Position numbers and translations under genes: made by a program
Notes under the pieces: model-generated
Seen by the model: only the letters and a program-made list of their open reading frames with translations
Told to the model about the DNA's origin: nothing
The model's database searches: none
DNA from: Zootoca vivipara
Taxonomy: Eukaryota
DNA: 64,000 nucleotides
Reading direction: 5' to 3'
Assembly: GCF_963506605.1 (NCBI RefSeq)
Contig: NC_083281.1
Span: 88,102,001-88,166,000, forward strand
Part shown: in pieces, positions 58,174 through 64,000 of the stretch
Numbering within the stretch: position 1 is the stretch's first letter
Layout of the letters: every line of letters begins with the position of its first letter

Positions 58174-60489
58174 ATTATTATTTTTAAATATTTTATTGGT
58201 TTTACATAATACAAAAAAAAAAAGATAGAGAAAAACAACAACATACAAATACATATCATATTTCCCATCTTCCCCTGCTCTCCCAGGAGCCCCCTCCTCC
58301 CACAAGAGAATCCCCTGAGAGGTAGGCAGTCGAAGATGGTTCCTTTTATAATTAAATCTCTTCCCCCTTCCCCCTTCCAGTGTCTCCCCCTGCCACTGAG
58401 AGACTCCAGGAAAGTGAGGAGAGGGTCAGGCTGGTAACAACAACCACAAAAAAAAGAAAAAAGGAAAAAGGAAAAAAAACACACCAAGAAAGAACAATAA
58501 AAATAAAAATAAAAACAAAACCAAAAACAAAACCAAGACATTTAACATCAAAAATTTAAACCTTATCTATTTTCCTAGACATTGTCCTTTGGGCTTCCCC
58601 AAACCCCTCCCTTTATTGATTTTCATTTGCCAAATCCACCTTAACAGTTCTCATTTTTTACAAATCAATTTAATCTCGTTTAATTATACTTATCTAATTA
58701 GCTATTTACTCAAATTACCTATAAATTTTTATATTTCTATATCTCTTTCCATCCCCCCCTTCCCCCCCCACCCCAGAGCACTCCCTGCCACCGAGAACTT
58801 CCAGGGCGCAAAGGACAAGCAGGGGATGGTTCTTTTCCAGCTGGATCTCCCCCTCCCCCTGTCCTCCCCACTCCAACAGTCCCCCCCTGCCACCAGGGAA
58901 CCCCAGAATGGAGACGACCACAGGGGAGGGCTAGAACATCCAGCTATCCTCCAATTCACTTTTTACCAGCTATACTAATAATCTCATTTCTAATCTAAAA
59001 AAAAAACCACTTCACTTCACAAATCTACTTTCCATCCCTTGCCTAAATTTTCCTGCAAGAACTTTCATAGTTTTATAATTTCTATATCTTATTCTCTTAC
59101 TCCATTTTATATCTTTTCTTTCTAATTTAAACTATTCCCCCCCCTGTTCACAGCACATCCCTTCTCAGTTCAGCAGATTCCAAAATCCGTAACCAGTTTC
59201 AAACACCATTTTAGCCCACCTAAACTTAAATCCTTCCATTTACCCCACTCCCTTTCTGCAATATTTTACATGACCCAATTTTCCATTCCCTCCCTGTTGC
59301 CCTCTTCTCATTTGAAAGTTCCACTCAGTAAATTTAATCTCCTCCCCTCTTCTTTGTTCCTTATGGGAATTCAGAAATCCGAACATAGTTTGTGTTCCCC
59401 TTTCCATAGGGGGGCTATTTCTCTGGTACCCTTGCTCAGAAACCTTTTCCTCATTGACAACTTCCTCCTGTTCTTCTTTATTGCCTTCATCTGATATTTT
59501 TTGTCCTTTGTCCCCTTGGTGAAGTTGCTTCATCTCTCTTAATTGCAGATTGTCCTTATGCATTTCGATTGTAAGTTCCCATAAGAGTTTCAGAGTTTTT
59601 TGTTTGAATTCAGCTGAATAATCACATGTTGACATTTTGTACTCCTCTCAAGGACACAGTGTTGTTCCAAAGCACAGGAAGTGGTTACAATTCTTCATTC
59701 CATCGCCATTTTTCCCAGGCTGGTTACAGTATGTCCACCCATTAAACACGAAAAAAAAAAAACAGATACTTATTTCCAATTTATAATTATCCAGAGGGGA
59801 TTTTCGTAAGTAAATCTTTAAATTGTCAGCATCACTTCAACTCTCCCTCCATTCACGAGTCTTGCTAAAACTGTCAGGGCTGCTGGTTCCAGCGGCAGGA
59901 ATAGGTTCTCCTCTCTTATCCAAATTTGCAGGGGTTTTAATATATATCACAGTCCCCCCTTAGCCCTGCCACTAAAAGGGATCAATACAGTTCTTGTAGT
60001 TGCATAGCACATCGAATCCAAAATTATCCTGGCATCGGGTAAATCCTTTAACTGCTTCCTCCTTCAATCAAGAGAGAGAGGTTGGCTTCCGTTCTTTAAA
60101 CCTCAATCCCGTTCCAATTCTTTCAATCCAATTAAAAATTAAGTCTTTTACTCACAGTCTCTTAAATTTCGAATCTTTCTTTGGAAGTATTCAGCGCTCT
60201 CCGCCTCCGGCACGGAGCTTCTCCTTGCGAGGGCAACGATAGCGCTCAAAGATGGCCCCCACGACTTCAACCCTTCTCGCTCCGGGGCTCTTATTAGAGC
60301 TTACCAGAGAGTTGGGGAGTCCAAAATGGGGCTCTGCTGAGCAAATTCGTCCCCGGGACGCTCTTCCCAGGGCTCTTTTGGGGCGCAGCGTCGCTCTCGC
60401 TGCTTTCCCCCCCCCCCCTCGCAAAGACGGGTGTCTCGCAGCTCGAGACAAACCCCGCCGATCGGCGCTGGCGCTGAACCGGAAGCCCC
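58174..60489 (-). mobile_element. 2.3-kb non-autonomous L1-dependent retroelement with both ends intact
   Basis: 14-bp TSD AAGAACTCAATATT (58160-58173, 60490-60503); CpG-rich GGGGCTTCCGG 5' end; AATAAA and (TAA)n tail; no RT motifs seen. Confidence 0.8.
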
Positions 60490-60941
60490 AAGAACTCAAT
60501 ATTTTAGTGTGGGAGCACATGGAACTCCCTGCCTATTGATATCGAGGAGCTGCCTTCACTGTACTATTTTGGCATCTGCAAAAAGCACTTTTGTTTAGAG
60601 AAAGCCTACCCAGAAGTTTAGAAAGCTGGTACAGGCTTTAATCTGTTTTTATTCTATAGTTCTGTGAACGTTTGTTCAAAAGTCTTCTGTTACTGTTGTT
60701 AATCCTTATTTATAGTTTGATTTTTTAAAAAATCTGTTTTGTTAAACTGTTTTGTTGGTTTCTTTTGCAATCAAGCAACATATGAATTTGATGAAATAAG
60801 ATGTTTCTCCTGGGGTTAAGGGATGCCTGTGGAATGACTCTCAGTCAGGGCCTTTAGTGGTGTAGCAAAGGGCTTCTTCCTCTTTCTTTTGTGTTCTCAG
60901 TCCTAATTCTGTTGCTTGCCCCCCTCCCCCCAATTGGCCAG

Positions 60942-61091
60942 CTTTTTTGCAAGAGCTCGTAGAGAGGGACAACAGCAAGTTTGAGGAGTGGTGCACAGAG
61001 ATGGCCGAGATGCGCAAACAGAGTGTGGCCAGGGGCAAGATCAAGCACGAGGAGGTGAAGGAGCTCTACCAGAAGTTGCCTGCCAAAGCTG
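60942..61091 (+). CDS. USP48: USP48 exon 11
   Basis: [49 protein letters not shown]; 150 bp. Confidence 0.94.
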
Positions 61092-62005
61092 GTCTGTAAG
61101 ATCTTTTATTTGTCTTTTAAAAAATACATATTTCCAGTACTGCATGTTAAGGATAAGACTGTTGTAGGCGAGGTTTGGAGAGCAGGGTGGAGAGTAAGCA
61201 TCCTGCGGCCCCGCCAAAGAGCCTTTCATCCCTGCCCCCCCACTCACACAGTGCAAGCAGAAATCAGTGGAAGCTTTGCAAGAATTTTCTTCCCAAATTC
61301 ACATCAGCTGTGCTCTCTCTCTCTCAGGCATGTCTGAAAACATTTTAAAACAATTGGGCATCTAAACATGTGAAAGCATTTAAAATGTCTTGCATTCCCC
61401 CCGCCCCCAGTGTTTGGATCTCTAATGAAGCCTTGCTAATTGGAAATATTTCTATTATTTTTTATCAAATCCTGTGGCGTCTAGTTCCGGCCTGGAAAAT
61501 GAAAGTTTGTTTCTGCATCTCTTGGTAAAGATAATCACTGCTGGCAACACGTAGAAGCAGTTGGCCAGCTGCCTTAGTCTTAAGTCCCAAGAGGAAATAT
61601 TGGAACAACGTGTTGCATGGACATTGGGTGCCAGCCAAGTTTCCTTTTGGGGTTTTCCGGATAGTCTAATGTACAACTTAACTGTTGCTGGGCCCCAAGA
61701 TATTTGTCTACCTGTTCTTCCGTCAACCTAGGGTGTTTTATGATCTGCAGTGACTTAATATTGTTCAGAAACATGGCCACTGCTCTGTTTACTGAAGTTT
61801 TTGCTGCTCTGGGCTGCTTTATCAGGAAGGGCAGGATGTAAAATAACTAAATAATTTTAGATTCAGGTGTTGGTCTGACGCAGTCGAAATAAATAAATAA
61901 AAAATAAAAAAATTGTCCAGTAGCACCTTACAGACCAACTAAGTTTGTTCTGGGTACAAGCTTTCGTGTGCATGCCACACGTCTTCAGATAATTTTACTT
62001 TATTG

Positions 62006-62228
62006 AGAGCCAGTGTGGTGTAGTGGTTAGAGTGTCAGAGTAGGACCTGGGAGAGACCAGGGTTCAAATCCCCGCCTCCTTCAGCCATGAAGCTCACTGG
62101 GTGCCTCTCAGCCCAGCCCTACCTTGAAGGGTTGTTGTGGGGAGAAAACGGAGAGGGGGAGAACTGTGTATTGCCACCTTGAGCTTCTGGGAGAGAAAGG
62201 TAGGCTATAAATGAAATGAGATAAATAA
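62006..62228 (+). mobile_element. Squam3-like tRNA-derived SINE
   Basis: A box TGGTGTAGTGG, B box GGTTCAAATCC, A-rich tail. Confidence 0.75.
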
Positions 62229-62366
62229 TGACATGTGGCAGAATGAACTGTTCCAATGTGGGCAAGGCTGGGGTGCTGTTGGTGTCCTTTAACACTTCCC
62301 TTGTGCAAACGACTCTTAAAAAAACACAAACCAGAACCAAGTATATTAGAAAGAGTGTGTCTAGCC

Positions 62367-62502
62367 CAGGCATCCCCAAACTTCGGCCCTCCAGATGTTT
62401 TGGACTACAATTCCCATCATCCCTGACCACTGGTCCTGTTAGCTAGGGATCATGGGAGTTGTAGGCCAAAACATCTGGAGGGCCGCAGTTTGGGGATGCC
62501 TG
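62367..62502. mobile_element. Palindromic hAT MITE
   Basis: CAGGCATCCCCAAACT ... AGTTTGGGGATGCCTG; perfect TSD GTCTAGCC (62359-62366, 62503-62510). Confidence 0.93.
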
Positions 62503-63656
62503 GTCTAGCCCAACCTTCACTGTAATTGCACTAGTTTCCCACCTGCATGGTGTTACCTTACATTAAGGGAGCAGTCACACGCATGGCTTGCTCCTTCATG
62601 CATCCGTGGGCTGAGGTTGTTCATCCTCATTTTGGCTCAGTGCAGAGGAGAAAGTGAGCAGCTGAGGTGTGGGTGGGGAAGGCCGATGGAGCTTCTGTTT
62701 TGCTCTGGGAGTATGTGAGAGAGTGAGAGAGAGAGAGAGAGAGAGAACACACATCACCATGCAGCTACATTTTCAGTGCTCTAAGCCCCTTTCTTGGTTT
62801 ACCCCACAAATAGCTGGAGGGCCTTCTGAGGGTGGGGTGCTGGAGTTATTTTCTGAAGTTCAGGTTGTTGTTATGCTTTCACAGTTAGCCCTAAGCAGAG
62901 TAGGCCCGTAGAAATTAACTGACAAGGCTAACTTGGGTCCACTAATTTCCAGAGCTGCCTGGTTGGTGCTGAGCCGCAATGTGGCCTTTTTAGTGGTGGT
63001 TCCCCAATTGTGCAACTCCCTCCCTAGCAAGGTGTGCCTGCTTCCTTCATTACTCCCTTCCAGGAGGAATTTTAAAACACTCCTGTTTACCCAGGTGTGT
63101 TCCGTGGCTGCATAATACTATTCCAGGCAACCCTAGGATCATTGGATGGAAGCATGTTCTTAACTGTTTCAAATTGCTTTTAGGATTTTTTAAAAACTAA
63201 CTTTTTATAGATGTTATCTGTAATAGATTTTATGTTTTATTGTGTTTTCAAAGTGCTTGCTTCCCTTTTGTTTCAAGTGGTACATCTGTTTTCCACCCTA
63301 GACTACTTAGGGAGAGGGGGAGGGATATAAGTTAATAGACTCATAGAATTGTACAGTTGGAAAGGGACCCCAAGAGTCATCTAGTCCAACCCCCTCCAAT
63401 GCAGGAATCACAACTATAAATTATTTCAACGGATCTACTCTTGAGTAGGGCAGACTTGGATACAACCCAGGTTGTTTGTTTCTTGCCAAGTTGAAGATTA
63501 GATTGTTTAGATTTTGAGTTTTGCTGGCCAGGGGGTGGAATGTATGATCACGAAGCCTCACCGGTCAAGGCAGACACTTTGGTGAGCCCAAGCAAACAGG
63601 GCTTGTGGTGCTGATGCCCCACCCCAGCCCTCCTGTCCTCCTCCTCCTCCTTCCAG

Positions 63657-63857
63657 GCTTCCCCTATGACTTCGTGTCTCTTGAATGGCTGCAGCAGTGG
63701 CTGGATGAGTCGACTCCCCCCAAGCCCATTGATAACACGGCCTTCCTGTGCTCTCACGGAAAGTTGCACCCGGACAAAATACCCACCGTCAAACGGGTCT
63801 CTGAGTATGTCGCTGACTACTTCTACAAGAGATATGGAGGAGGACCCAGGCTGACAG
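63657..63857 (+). CDS. USP48: USP48 exon 12 (start of DUSP region); gene continues beyond the window
   Basis: [25 protein letters not shown]...[10 protein letters not shown]...RYGGGPRLT; 201 bp. Confidence 0.95.
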
Positions 63858-63902
63858 GTAAGCCAAGCCCCAGAAGGGAGCATGTTCCAGGAGCGCTTAG
63901 CT

Positions 63903-64000
63903 CAGGGGTCAGCAAACATTTTCAGCAGGGGGCCGGTCCACTGCCCCTCAGACCTTGTGGGGGGCCAGACTATATTGGGGGGAGGCGAACGAATTCCTAT
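63903..64000. mobile_element. Start of a hAT MITE, cut by the window edge
   Basis: CAGGGGTCAGCAAAC terminus followed by GGGGGCCGG/GGGGGCCAG subterminal repeats. Confidence 0.55.

Noticed and set aside
62006-62080. tRNA gene-like A/B boxes
   Set aside because: Head of a tRNA-derived SINE that continues into SINE body and tail, with several diverged copies in the window.
1-64000. CRISPR arrays, rRNA or prokaryotic systems
   Set aside because: Vertebrate intron-exon DNA; no regularly spaced repeat-spacer array or rRNA-like sequence seen.

Overview
Squamate genomic DNA, probably a lacertid lizard (Sauria SINE, Squam-type SINEs, L1/L2/CR1 LINEs, hAT and Tc1/mariner MITEs), with two N gaps. Two conserved genes lie head-to-head as in mammals: LDLRAD2 on the minus strand (4 coding exons, 18599 to 1339) and USP48 on the plus strand (exons 1-12, 48661-63857, continuing past the window). 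LDLRAD2 intron 1 holds an 8.19-kb non-coding ERV1-like provirus with identical 710-bp LTRs, plus a related solo LTR. The ~30 kb between the two genes holds a duplicated, compact multi-exon MROH/maestro-like HEAT-repeat gene that the ORF track does not show. Copy 1 can be spliced by hand into an open 678-codon frame from a newly created ATG at 22535. Copy 2 is a pseudogene. Its upstream block appears to have been flipped by a ~7.2-kb inversion breaking at the end of a hAT MITE, so a CCAAT/GC/TATA promoter-like module now points antisense into copy 1. All identifications are by eye and recall; no database searches were run.
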